Shown here in pieces: positions 41,164 through 51,008 of a DNA stretch of 61,916 nt. The notes below the pieces were generated by a model. The model had not been told where the DNA came from. It did no database searches and saw only the letters and a program-made list of their open reading frames with translations. The stretch is from Caulobacteraceae bacterium (GTDB taxonomy: Bacteria; Pseudomonadota; Alphaproteobacteria; Caulobacterales; Caulobacteraceae): the NCBI GenBank assembly GCA_003165275.1, contig PLSW01000378.1, forward strand, positions 7,526-69,441, written 5' to 3'. Every line of letters begins with the position of its first letter. Positions within the stretch are counted from its first letter, which is position 1. Both the position numbers and the translations under genes were made by a program.

Positions 41164-42948
41164 ATGCCGAAGGTCCTTCGTCGGATCGTCGGCCTGGCGC
41201 TGCGCCACCGGCTGTTGGTGGCGGGGGCCATCGGATCCTCGCTGCTGGCCGCTATTGCCGGTCTGACCCTGCCCAAGCTCTATGGCCACGCGGTGGATCA
41301 GGCTCAGCATCTGATCGTTCACGGCGCCCTGGGCGGCGAGGCGGCGCGCCAAGCGTTGGTGACCTCGGCCGTGCTCGTGGCGGTGACGGCAGCGACGCGC
41401 GGGGTGCTGACCGGATTGAGCGGCTTTCTTGCGGAGGCTTGCAGCCAAAAAGTCGCTTACGAACTGCGCCTGCAGTTCTTTCGCCAACTGCAGCGTTTAT
41501 CGTTCTCGTTCCACGATCGAATGCATTCGGGTGAGTTGATCACGCGAGGCATGCTGGATCTGGAGGCCACGCGCGGCTTCATCCAGGGCGGCATGATGCA
41601 GAGCCTTACATTGCTGCTGCTCATCGTCTCGTCGGCGACTTTGATGGTCGCCACTGACGCTCGCATGGCGGCGCTGGCTCTGGCGTTCGTGCCGATTGCC
41701 GGCTTTGCATTGACGCGCATGGGCATGCTGCTACGCCTCGCCTGGTTGAAGGTGCAGCAGACCATGTCGGCATTGACTTTGACCATTGAGGAGAACCTGC
41801 AGGGTGTGCGCGTGGTGCGCGCCTTCGCTGGCAAGGCCTTCGAGATGGCGAAGTTCGACAAGGCCGCAGACGAGACGCTGCTGGAGTCGTTCAAACGGAT
41901 CAAATTGCGTTTGCGTGCCTCAGCGACGATGAACCTCAGCTTCTACGGCTCCATGGCCCTGTTGCTGTGGTACGGTGGCCATCAGGTAATCGCCCACCGG
42001 ATCACAGTAGGGCGGCTGACCGAATTTCTCACCTACATGACCATGCTGCAGGCGCCGATCCGTCAGATCACATTGATCGTTTCGGCGGCGTCGCGCACCA
42101 CGTCCTCGGGCGGCCGGCTATTCGAGATTCTCGACCTTCAGCCCATAATCTTCGACCCGCCGGCCGCCAAGCCGTTAGTGTCCAAACCCGGGGGGGTGCG
42201 CTTCGAAGACGTCGATTTCGCCTATGAGCCTGGCAAGCCCGTTCTGAGGGGTATCAGCTTCCAGGTGGGACCTGGGCAGACTCTGGGAATCGTGGGGCCG
42301 CCAGGCAGTGGCAAGTCGACGATCGCCAACCTGATCCCGCGCTTCTATGACGTGACGAGCGGGCGCATTACGATCAACGATCAGGATGTGCGCTCGGTGA
42401 CTCTGGCCTCGCTGCGCACCCATGTCGGCTTGGTGCAGCAAGACGCCTTCCTGTTCGATGAGACGGTGCGCAGCAATGTCGCCTATGCCGATCCTGTGGC
42501 CGAAGACGAACGGGTTCATGAGTCTGCCCGGGCTGCGCAGATACATGACTACATTGAGGATCTGCCGCTGGGGTACGGCAGTCGGGTGGGTGAACGGGGG
42601 GTGGCCCTGTCCGGCGGACAGCGCCAGAGGATGTCCATAGCCCGCGGGCTGACGCCCCGACCCGGCGTGCTGGTGTTCGACGATTCCACCGCCGCGGTGG
42701 ATGGGGTCACGGAACGCAAGGTCCGCGAAGCCATCGCCGCCGTCGGCGCGACCCGCACGGTCGTCATCATCTCGCACCGGCTGAGCGCCCTGATGCATGC
42801 CGATGAAATACTCGTGCTGAGCGAAGGGCGTATCGCCGAGCGAGGAACCCACGCGTCGCTCGTGAAGCTCGGCGGCGTCTACAGCGAGCTCTATGCGTTG
42901 CAGTCTCGCTCTACAGCGGTAACTTCCAGCGCCTTGGCGCGGGCATGA
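41164..42948 (+). CDS. ABC exporter half-transporter (degenerate Walker B)
   Basis: TMD plus GPPGSGKST, LSGGQ, VFDDST; the start could extend upstream to 41077. Confidence 0.92.
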   Translation: MPKVLRRIVGLALRHRLLVAGAIGSSLLAAIAGLTLPKLYGHAVDQAQHLIVHGALGGEAARQALVTSAVLVAVTAATRGVLTGLSGFLAEACSQKVAYELRLQFFRQLQRLSFSFHDRMHSGELITRGMLDLEATRGFIQGGMMQSLTLLLLIVSSATLMVATDARMAALALAFVPIAGFALTRMGMLLRLAWLKVQQTMSALTLTIEENLQGVRVVRAFAGKAFEMAKFDKAADETLLESFKRIKLRLRASATMNLSFYGSMALLLWYGGHQVIAHRITVGRLTEFLTYMTMLQAPIRQITLIVSAASRTTSSGGRLFEILDLQPIIFDPPAAKPLVSKPGGVRFEDVDFAYEPGKPVLRGISFQVGPGQTLGIVGPPGSGKSTIANLIPRFYDVTSGRITINDQDVRSVTLASLRTHVGLVQQDAFLFDETVRSNVAYADPVAEDERVHESARAAQIHDYIEDLPLGYGSRVGERGVALSGGQRQRMSIARGLTPRPGVLVFDDSTAAVDGVTERKVREAIAAVGATRTVVIISHRLSALMHADEILVLSEGRIAERGTHASLVKLGGVYSELYALQSRSTAVTSSALARA

Positions 42949-44807
42949 GTCTTTACACCGTCAGCCGAGCCGGAGGCTCGCGCCATTCTTCCGACGGCCC
43001 AAGCGTCGGAGGAGACGACGTTTTCGTCACCTTCGACAGTCGCCGGCTATCACGCATCTTCAAGTATATCAGGCCCTATCGCGCGCTGTTCCTCACAGCC
43101 ATCATCTCGGTGCTGGCCTCGGCCAGTTGCGCCGTTGAGATTCCCGACATGATGCGGCGGGCCGTGAACGCGGCGGTCAAGGCGCATGATCCCCAATTGT
43201 TGAACAGGGTGCTGATCGCCTTCCTCATCCTAATAGCGGCCAGCATCGTTGCAGCCTTCATGGAGCAGCGAACAACTTCGCGCCTGGGCCAAAGGGTGAT
43301 CTTCGACATTCGGCGCGAGATGTTTTCGCATCTGCAGGCTCTGTCTTTGTCGTTCATGGACAAAACCCATGTCGGCCACATCATGTCCCGGATCCAGAGC
43401 GACGTGAATGTGCTGCAGGAGTTCCTGGAAAGCTCCATCAGCTCATTCGGCGACCTGACGGTTCTGATCGGCATCACCGTCGTGCTGCTGTCGCTGGACT
43501 GGAAGCTCGGGCTGTTGACCCTGATCGTCATTCCCATGTTGGTGGGCGCGCGTGCGGTGTGGCTGCCCTACTCCAAGCGCGCTTTCCGCCACGCGCGGGA
43601 AACCTCTTCGATTGCCAACAGCGAGCTCGCCGAGAACATCAACGGTATCCGGACTGTGCAGGAGAGTCGTCGCGAGTCGGTGAACTACCGCATCTACGAG
43701 CAGAAGGCGCGAGCCAACGAGCAGGCTCAGATCGCAGCCTCGGGCTTGGCGCAGATTATGGTGCCTACGGTGGACGGCCTGACTGGCGTGGCCATGGCGA
43801 TCGTCATCGTGTTCGGCGGTCAGGTGGTATTGGGCGGGCGTCTTGATGTGGGCGTCATGATCGCCTTCATCTTCTACGTGCAGCGTTTTTTCGAGCCTGT
43901 GCGCACCCTGTCGGTGCAGTACACCAACCTGCAGCAGGCCATGGCCGCGGCCCGCCGCATCTTCGAGGTGCTGGATGCGCCGGTGACCATTACCGACAAG
44001 CCCGGCGCGCATGTGCTGGGCCGCATCGAGCCAATAGTGGAGTTCCGCGGCGTCACATTTGGCTACGCGCCCGGACGGCCGGTCCTGCATGACATCAGCT
44101 TCACGGTCGCGCCGTGCGAGGTGGTGGCGCTGGTCGGACCTACCGGTTCGGGCAAGACCTCGATCACCGCCCTGTTGCATCGCTTCTATGAGGTCGATCA
44201 GGGTCAGGTGCTGGTGGGCGGGCATGACGTGCGCGACGTCACTCAGGAGTCCTTGGGGCAGCGGATTGGCATGGTGCTGCAGGACCCGTTCCTGTTCACA
44301 GGATCCATTGAGGACAACATCCGCTACAATAGCGCCGCATCACGCGAACAGGTGATCGCCGCAGGCAAGGCGGTTTCGGCGCACGATTTCATCATGCGTC
44401 TGCCCAAGGGCTACGACACCTTTCTTGGGCAGAGGGGCCGCAATCTGTCGGGCGGCCAGCGCCAGTTGATCTCCTTTGCCCGCGCCCTGGCGGCCAATCC
44501 CCAGATACTGATCCTCGACGAAGCCACCGCCAATATCGACTCCTTCACCGAGCGCGACATCCAAAGGGCGTTGAAGGTTCTGTTCCAGGGCCGCACCTGC
44601 ATCGTCATAGCCCACCGCCTGGCGACGATCCGCGAGGCGGACCGCATCATCGTGCTGCAGCGAGGCCGGATCGAGGAGCAGGGGAACCACGCTCAATTGA
44701 TGGCTCGCCAGGGTCTGTACGCGCACCTCTACACGTCTAGCCACGGCTCCTTCGACGACGCCCTGGTCGTCGCCACGGGTGACGCCGAATTCGCCATGCG
44801 GACCTAG
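42945..44807 (+). CDS. ABC exporter half-transporter (consensus site)
   Basis: TMD plus GPTGSGKT, LSGGQ, ILDEAT, IAHRL. Confidence 0.93.
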   Translation: MSLYTVSRAGGSRHSSDGPSVGGDDVFVTFDSRRLSRIFKYIRPYRALFLTAIISVLASASCAVEIPDMMRRAVNAAVKAHDPQLLNRVLIAFLILIAASIVAAFMEQRTTSRLGQRVIFDIRREMFSHLQALSLSFMDKTHVGHIMSRIQSDVNVLQEFLESSISSFGDLTVLIGITVVLLSLDWKLGLLTLIVIPMLVGARAVWLPYSKRAFRHARETSSIANSELAENINGIRTVQESRRESVNYRIYEQKARANEQAQIAASGLAQIMVPTVDGLTGVAMAIVIVFGGQVVLGGRLDVGVMIAFIFYVQRFFEPVRTLSVQYTNLQQAMAAARRIFEVLDAPVTITDKPGAHVLGRIEPIVEFRGVTFGYAPGRPVLHDISFTVAPCEVVALVGPTGSGKTSITALLHRFYEVDQGQVLVGGHDVRDVTQESLGQRIGMVLQDPFLFTGSIEDNIRYNSAASREQVIAAGKAVSAHDFIMRLPKGYDTFLGQRGRNLSGGQRQLISFARALAANPQILILDEATANIDSFTERDIQRALKVLFQGRTCIVIAHRLATIREADRIIVLQRGRIEEQGNHAQLMARQGLYAHLYTSSHGSFDDALVVATGDAEFAMRT

Positions 44808-44810
44808 ATC

Positions 44811-45692
44811 ATGCCCGATATAGCCCTTGCCGCCGAAATCCCGGACAGCCTGGACGACGGGACTGGCGGTCGTCTTGAAGCGCGCTACGGCCAGGCCTTC
44901 GGGGGCCTGGGCGTTCAGGCGGCCCGGCAGGCTGGGGCCCATTGGAACCCTGTGCTTGACACGTTGCTGGACCACCGCTCGGTGCGCAACTTCTTGTCGC
45001 GTCCGCTCCCGCTCGGAGCTCTGCAAGTCGTGGTCGCCGCAGCCCAGTCCGCCCCCAGTTCCTCCAACATGCAGGCCTGGAGCGTTGTGGCCGTCGAATT
45101 GCCCGAACGCAAGGCTGAGCTTGCGCAGCTATGCGGCGGGCAGAAGCACATCGCCCAGGCGCCGATCTTCTTGGTCTGGGTTGCCGACCTGGCCCGCCAT
45201 GCCGCCATCGCCCAGGCGCAAGGCGCGCCCACCGAAGGACTCGACTATCTGGAGACCTTCCTGACCGCGGCGATCGATGTCGGGCTGGCGGCGCAGAATG
45301 CTGTGGGCGCTCTGGAGGCTCTAGGGCTCGGCTGCGTCTATATCGGCGCGGTTCGCAACCGCCCGGAGGCGGTGGCCGAGTTTCTTCAACTCCCGCCGCA
45401 CGCCGCCCCGATCCTTGGGCTCTGCGTCGGTTGGCCGAATCCCGAGACACCGACGGCCGTCAAACCTCGTTTACCGCAGTCGGCGGTGCTGCATAGCGAG
45501 ACCTATGACCGCGATCAGCTAGGGCGCGTGAACGGCTATGATGAGACTCTGCGCGCATTCCAAAACGGTCAGGGGCTGAAGGCCGCCGGTTGGACGCCTT
45601 CGGTCATGGCCAAGGTCGCCAACGGCGAGGTGCTGAATGGCCGTGACCGTCTGAGCGCGGCCCTGAAGCGACTGGGTTTCCCCTTGCGCTGA
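44811..45692 (+). CDS. NfsA/Frp-family NADPH-flavin reductase (nitroreductase fold)
   Basis: HRSVRNF, AAQSAPSSSNMQAWS, YIGAVRN, VKPRLP. Confidence 0.92.
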   Translation: MPDIALAAEIPDSLDDGTGGRLEARYGQAFGGLGVQAARQAGAHWNPVLDTLLDHRSVRNFLSRPLPLGALQVVVAAAQSAPSSSNMQAWSVVAVELPERKAELAQLCGGQKHIAQAPIFLVWVADLARHAAIAQAQGAPTEGLDYLETFLTAAIDVGLAAQNAVGALEALGLGCVYIGAVRNRPEAVAEFLQLPPHAAPILGLCVGWPNPETPTAVKPRLPQSAVLHSETYDRDQLGRVNGYDETLRAFQNGQGLKAAGWTPSVMAKVANGEVLNGRDRLSAALKRLGFPLR

Positions 45693-46098
45693 TCCAGACT
45701 GACATCGCTAACGACGCCGATCGCCTGGGGGACCCGCGACGACGCGTGTTCATGCGGTAGCCAACCCGCGTATGGAAGTCTGCTCGACCGTCTCCTTCGC
45801 CATCCCGCCTCGGACCCAACAGCGTAACCTCAAATGCCAGAATCTCCGCACCTGCGGCGCGGAGGGGGATTTCTCACGCCGCTTCACTGAAAAACACATC
45901 GAGGGGCTCCGCCCCCGCGCACTTCGGAGCGGCTTCCGCCCAGCTTCGGGCTGGGCAAGGACCCGCAGTATCGCAAGACTTGAAGCCCTGCAGCCGGTTC
46001 CCCGCGAAGCCGCCCCTCCGTTTGCACCCCCGGTCTCGCCGACGGGCAAGGCTGCAGGCGCGCCTTGCGCCTGCAACCCATGCCTCAAGGAGAGAGCC

Positions 46099-48060
46099 AT
46101 GACGGAGCAGTCTGTCATCATCCATCAGAGCGGCGACGTCATCGACGTGCCGCTGACCAAGTTGAAGAAGTCGCCGCGCAATGCGCGCAAGACGCCTCAC
46201 CCGTCCGAGGCCATCGAAGAGCGCGCGGCCAGCATTCGGGCCAAAGGGGTGATCCAGCCCCTCGTGGTCGAGCCGGAGACGGACGAGGGCGGCGCGACCG
46301 GCTTCTACTTCGTCACCGTCGGCGAAGGGCGGCGTCTTGCCCTGCTGCTGCTGGCGCAGCGCAAGGCGATCAAGAAGACCCACCCCGTTCGCTGCGTGGT
46401 CGATACCGTCAACGACCCGTTGGAAATCAGCCTGGACGAAAACGTCAGTCGGATCGCCATGCACCCGGCGGACGAGTTCGAGGCGTTCCGGCGCCTGTCC
46501 GAGGAGCGTGGCCTGAGTGCGGAGGAGATCGGCGTCCGCTTTGGCGCCTCGGCGCAGAAGGTGCGTCAGCGCCTTCGCCTGGGCGCCGTCAGCCCTGTGC
46601 TGATGGCGCTTTATCGAGATGGCGAGCTGCATCTGGATCAGATGATGGCCTTCGCCGTCAGCGAGGACCATGCCCGCCAGGAGCAGGTGCTGGAACAGTT
46701 GGGCGTCCATCGTCCGCCCTATCTGATCCGCCGCACCATGACCGAGGCCAAGGTAACGGCCACGGATCGACGGGCGGTGTTCGTCGGCGCCGAGGCCTAC
46801 GGGGAGGCGGGCGGGACCATCCTGCGCGATCTGTTCACGGAGGACGGCGGCGGCTGGTTCGAGGACGTGCCCATGCTGGACCGGTTGGTCGCCGAGAAGC
46901 TGGCGGGCGTCGCCACGGAGGTTCAGGAACGCGAGGGGTGGAAGTGGGCCGAGGCCCACATCGATTACCCGCGCGCCCTGGGTCTGGCGCGGGTCTACCC
47001 GCATCCGGTCGAGCGGTCGGAAGAGGAGGCGGCCCGCATGGCGGTCCTGGGTGAAGAATACGACGCCCTGGTCAGCCAATGGGATGCGGTCGAGGAGGTC
47101 CCGCCTGAGGTCGAACAGCGATTTGCCGAGATTGACGCGGCCCTGGAAGCCTTCGGCGACGGCACGGCTTACGAGCCCGCGGAGATCGCCCGCGCGGGGG
47201 TGGTCGTGATCCTTGGGCACGACGGTCTGGCCCGCATCGAGCGCGGTTTTGTCCGCCCTGAGGACGAAGCTGTCGTGGAGCCCGAAGCGGAGGACGAGGA
47301 GGAGCCCGGCGGGGGTGACGCCTCCGACGCGGAGCCGGACGAGGCCGATGAGGACGCAAGCGCGCCCCTGTCGGAGCGCTTGGTGCTGGACCTGACGGCG
47401 CAGCGGACCATGGCCCTGCGCGATGCGCTGGGGACCAACCCGACCGTGGCGCTGTCGGCGGTGGTCCACGCCCTGGCGGCGTCCACCTTCTATCCGACCG
47501 GCGGGCGCGTCAGTTGCCTGGAGATCAAGCCGTCTTCGGCCTATCTCGATAGCCACGCGCCGGGCATCGCCGACACCCGCGCCGGACGCAGCATCGATGA
47601 GCGTCATGAGCGTTGGGCGGTGCGCTTGCCCAAGGAGCCGGGGGACCTGTGGGCTTTTGTCGAAGCGCTCCCGGCGTCGGACCTGCTGGACCTTCTGGCG
47701 CACTGCGCGAGCCTGACGGTCAACGCGGTGCGCATGACCTGGGATCGCAGGCCCCAGGCCCTGGCCCAGGCTGACCGGCTGGCCGAGGCGGTGGGCCTGG
47801 ATATGTCGGGGTACTGGACGCCGACCGTCGGCAGTTACCTGGGCCGCGTCACCAAGGCCCGGATCGGCGAGGCGGTGCACGAGGCGGTGTCGGACGAGGC
47901 GGCCGGGCGCATCGGCAGTCTCAAGAAGCCCGACATGGCGTCGGAAGCCGAGGCGTTGCTGGCCGGGAAGGGCTGGCTGCCCAGCCTGCTGAGGACGCCG
48001 GTCCGCACGGAGGACGGTGTTCAACCTGAGGCGCCGGGGGTGGGCCAGGAAGCCGCCTAA
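46099..48060 (+). CDS. ParB/Spo0J-domain leading-region protein
   Basis: SPRNARK, GEGRRLAL, ENVSRIAMHPADEF, HTH, GWLPSLLR; AAGGAG RBS before 46099. Confidence 0.9.
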   Translation: MTEQSVIIHQSGDVIDVPLTKLKKSPRNARKTPHPSEAIEERAASIRAKGVIQPLVVEPETDEGGATGFYFVTVGEGRRLALLLLAQRKAIKKTHPVRCVVDTVNDPLEISLDENVSRIAMHPADEFEAFRRLSEERGLSAEEIGVRFGASAQKVRQRLRLGAVSPVLMALYRDGELHLDQMMAFAVSEDHARQEQVLEQLGVHRPPYLIRRTMTEAKVTATDRRAVFVGAEAYGEAGGTILRDLFTEDGGGWFEDVPMLDRLVAEKLAGVATEVQEREGWKWAEAHIDYPRALGLARVYPHPVERSEEEAARMAVLGEEYDALVSQWDAVEEVPPEVEQRFAEIDAALEAFGDGTAYEPAEIARAGVVVILGHDGLARIERGFVRPEDEAVVEPEAEDEEEPGGGDASDAEPDEADEDASAPLSERLVLDLTAQRTMALRDALGTNPTVALSAVVHALAASTFYPTGGRVSCLEIKPSSAYLDSHAPGIADTRAGRSIDERHERWAVRLPKEPGDLWAFVEALPASDLLDLLAHCASLTVNAVRMTWDRRPQALAQADRLAEAVGLDMSGYWTPTVGSYLGRVTKARIGEAVHEAVSDEAAGRIGSLKKPDMASEAEALLAGKGWLPSLLRTPVRTEDGVQPEAPGVGQEAA

Positions 48061-48451
48061 CGGCGGGGTCTTCGTCCTTCTCTAGTCTGAAAACTTGGGC
48101 CGCGTGTCGATCTGGCGCGCGGCCCTTTCTTGCGTCCGACGTTTCCAACGCCGCTGTGAGTGGGACGGGCCGCCAAGCCGATCTCCTTAAATTTCGTCCC
48201 GACCCATGCCGCCTCTCATGGCCTGATAGGGCCGAAGGGTGCGGGCCGTTCCGGCCCCGCTGGCCGTCGCAACGCCTCTGCCGACTTCTTTCCCCTGAGG
48301 CCTGCGGCCTCATTCCTCGCGCGGCAAACAAGTCGGCGCCGGCGTCCTCCGCTCCGCTGCGGGCCTGCGGCTGCGACGCCCAGCGCCCCTCGTCCTGAAA
48401 TCGCCATCGAGGCCGCGATGGGCGGTCCGAAAAACCTCAGGAGATTTCACC

Positions 48452-48763
48452 ATGGCGACCATCGGCACTTTCACCAAGGACGATGCCGGCAACTACAACG
48501 GCGCGATCAAGACCCTGACCCTCAACGTCAAGAGCGCGGTCCTGCGCAAGGTCGATAAGGACAACGACAAAGCCCCCGACTACCGCATCTTCTCCGGCTC
48601 CACCGAATTCGGCGCCGCCTGGATGAAGACCTCCCGCGAAGACCGGTCCTACCTCTCCGTCAAGCTGGACGACCCGAGCTTTCCCGCTCCGATCTACGCC
48701 AGCCTGGTCGACGCCGACGATGGCTACAGCCTGATCTGGGCACGCCCCTCCAGCGCCAACTGA
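48452..48763 (+). CDS. DUF736 family protein
   Basis: [33 protein letters not shown]. Confidence 0.92.
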   Translation: MATIGTFTKDDAGNYNGAIKTLTLNVKSAVLRKVDKDNDKAPDYRIFSGSTEFGAAWMKTSREDRSYLSVKLDDPSFPAPIYASLVDADDGYSLIWARPSSAN

Positions 48764-48770
48764 CCCCGCC

Positions 48771-48801
48771 GCAGCGCCCCGCCAACCCGGCGGGGCGCTG
48801 C
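48771..48801 (+). terminator. 13-bp GC stem-loop between DUF736 and ardC
   Basis: GCAGCGCCCCGCC-aaccc-GGCGGGGCGCTGC; no U-tract, so the terminator role is uncertain. Confidence 0.45.
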
Positions 48802-48834
48802 TCTCCCTCAAATTCCAATCGTCAGGAGGCCGCC

Positions 48835-49743
48835 ATGTCGCGTCCCAACGAACCCGCACGCCCCGATCCCAGGCCAGACCTCTATAGCCGGGTCACCAAC
48901 GCCATCATCGCCGAGCTCGAAACCGGGGTGCGCCCCTGGACCAAGCCCTGGTCCGCCGAGCATCTGGCTGGCAAGATCACCCGGCCGCTCCGTTCCACCG
49001 GCGAACCCTACAGCGGCATTAATGTCATCCTGCTCTGGGCGGAGTCCGTCGCCCGCGGTTTCACGGCGCCGATCTGGATCACCTTCCGCCAGGCCCTGGC
49101 GCTGGGCGGCCACGTCCGTAAGGGCGAGCACGGCGCCACGGTGGTCTACGCCAACCGGATCACCCGTACCGATACCGGCGACAACGGCCAGGACGTCGAG
49201 CGCGAGATCCCGTTCCTCAAGGCCTACACGGTGTTCAACGTCGATCAGGTGGAGGGTCTGCCGGCGCACTTCTACGCCGTCGCCGAGCCCCGCCTCGACG
49301 CCGCCAAGCGGATCGATCACGCGGAGCGCTTCTTCGCGGCCACTGGCGCGGACGTTCGTCATGGCGGCAACCAGGCCTACTACGCCCTGACGCCGGACTA
49401 TGTGCAGATGCCGCCGTTCGAATGCTTCGAGGACCCGGAGAGCTACTATGCGACCCTGGCGCACGAGACGACGCACTGGACCCGCCATCCCACACGTCTC
49501 GACCGCGACTTCGGCCGCACCCGTTGGGGCGACGAAGGATATGCCCGCGAAGAGCTGGTGGCCGAACTTGGCGCGGCGTTCCTGTGCGCCGACCTAGGCC
49601 TGGAACTGGAGCCTCGGCCCGACCACGCCAGTTATATCGACAGCTGGTTGCAGGTGCTGAAGGACGACCGGAGGTTCATCTTCACGGCCGCCGCCCACGC
49701 CCAGCGGGCGGCCGACTGCCTGCACGGGCGACAGCCAGGGTGA
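48835..49743 (+). CDS. ardC: ArdC ssDNA-binding antirestriction protein
   Basis: PWTKPW, YSGINVILLW, WITFRQA, VRKGE, zincin HETTH, YAREELVAE. Confidence 0.93.
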   Translation: MSRPNEPARPDPRPDLYSRVTNAIIAELETGVRPWTKPWSAEHLAGKITRPLRSTGEPYSGINVILLWAESVARGFTAPIWITFRQALALGGHVRKGEHGATVVYANRITRTDTGDNGQDVEREIPFLKAYTVFNVDQVEGLPAHFYAVAEPRLDAAKRIDHAERFFAATGADVRHGGNQAYYALTPDYVQMPPFECFEDPESYYATLAHETTHWTRHPTRLDRDFGRTRWGDEGYAREELVAELGAAFLCADLGLELEPRPDHASYIDSWLQVLKDDRRFIFTAAAHAQRAADCLHGRQPG

Positions 49744-49789
49744 TGGCGAGAGGCGCGGATACGCCGTGGAGGCGGTCCGCGCCGATTGC

Positions 49790-50011
49790 CTATCGCTCGT
49801 TGGCCGGGCCAGCGAGCGCCAGCAGCCGCGCCCAGGTTTCCAGGATTTCGCGTTGCCCTGGGGTACTCGCATCGGAGGCCGCCGCGAGCAACGCTAAGCA
49901 GCGGCCGAGCTCACCTTTGGGGACAGGCGCATCGCGTTCGATCAGCGACGCGATGGTCGCCAGCGCCAGACCCATTGCCTCGACCAGTTCGTTGTCGCCA
50001 GGCTGAGCCAT
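49790..50011 (-). CDS. Small hypothetical protein
   Basis: 73 aa helical ORF filling the ardC-XRE gap. Confidence 0.5.
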   Translation of the reverse strand: MAQPGDNELVEAMGLALATIASLIERDAPVPKGELGRCLALLAAASDASTPGQREILETWARLLALAGPANER

Positions 50012-50088
50012 GGTCTGATCGACGCTCCGAGGAAAATATAGAGAATACTCCGTGGTAAAATACTCTACATCGACCCTGTCTCCTACTC

Positions 50089-50307
50089 ATGGAGATCAGG
50101 GACATCCTTGCGCAGAATCTGAAGCGCCTGCGAACCGACCGCGGGCTGTCCCAGGAAGATTTGGCGGATCGTGCTGATATTGACCGCACCTATGTCAGCA
50201 GCCTCGAACGGTCCGTTTATGCGGCGGGCATCGACGTGGTCGACCGGTTGGCCAAGGCTTTGGGTGTGACCGCAGCGGATTTGTTGCAAGCGCCGGACAG
50301 CCGCTGA
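50089..50307 (+). CDS. XRE-family HTH regulator
   Basis: NLKRLRTDRGLSQEDLADRADIDRTYVSSLER. Confidence 0.92.
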   Translation: MEIRDILAQNLKRLRTDRGLSQEDLADRADIDRTYVSSLERSVYAAGIDVVDRLAKALGVTAADLLQAPDSR

Positions 50308-50437
50308 GGCACCGCTTCGTCCAGCTGGTTGGCTCGGCTGGGGCGCCTCGTAGAGGCGGCGGGCGAGCGCGGTCGAGGGGATTCTTACCCATCGAACGCG
50401 CCGAGGGGAGGAGCCAATCTAAGGGCGTCGCTGTCTA

Positions 50438-50449
50438 GGGCAGGATAGG
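50438..50449 (-). other. oriT nic site, MOBP type
   Basis: Minus strand reads CCTATCCTG^CCC, matching the RP4 nic core; immediately upstream of mobC. Confidence 0.8.
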
Positions 50450-50483
50450 CCTAGCGGCGGCGGGTGTGCACAGAGGCGTCGCC

Positions 50484-51008
50484 ATGGCGGACTTCAAGCT
50501 GCGTTTACCCGATGATCTGGCGCGCCGGTTCGATGCCTGGGCGGCTGACCGCGGCGGCCGCTCGCCGGCCCTACGCCGCCTGATCGATCAGGCCTGCACC
50601 GGCGAGGACGGCGGCGAGCCGGCGGCATCGCCGCTCGGCTTCAGGCCCGTGAAGCTGACGGTTCGGCTGGCGGCTGAAGACGGGCTGGGCCTGGCGCGGG
50701 AAGCGCGGGCCATGGGGCTGACCCGCAACGCCTGGGCCGCCGCGCTCATCCGCCATCGGCTCACGGGGCGGCCGACCTTCCGACGCGAGGAGGAGGTGGC
50801 GCTGATCGCCCTCCAGGCCGAGGTCCGGCGCGTCGGGGTCAACGTCAACCAGATCGCCCGGGCCCTGAACACGGCCGTGCTGGAGGGCCGCGTGCTGGAC
50901 CTCGAACTGACCTACCTCGACGAGTTGCGTACAGAGCTACGCGTACACCTGTCCACACTGCGCCAGGCCTTCGCCGGCAATGCCGCCTACTGGGGTGACG
51001 CCGCGTGA
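50484..51008 (+). CDS. mobC: MobC relaxosome accessory protein
   Basis: Two RHH-like segments and VRRVGVNVNQIARALN. Confidence 0.88.
   Translation: MADFKLRLPDDLARRFDAWAADRGGRSPALRRLIDQACTGEDGGEPAASPLGFRPVKLTVRLAAEDGLGLAREARAMGLTRNAWAAALIRHRLTGRPTFRREEEVALIALQAEVRRVGVNVNQIARALNTAVLEGRVLDLELTYLDELRTELRVHLSTLRQAFAGNAAYWGDAA

Noticed and set aside
45772-46098. 109-aa N-terminal extension of ParB in the ORF track
   Set aside because: Strong RBS before ATG 46099; the upstream region is hairpin-rich and looks non-coding.
45874-48024. 716-aa antisense ORF and many similar long overlapping ORFs (e.g. 3643..4860, 15851..16972, 34895..36154, 36247..37608)
   Set aside because: Shadow frames of high-GC genes; no motifs, and each lies opposite a well-supported CDS.
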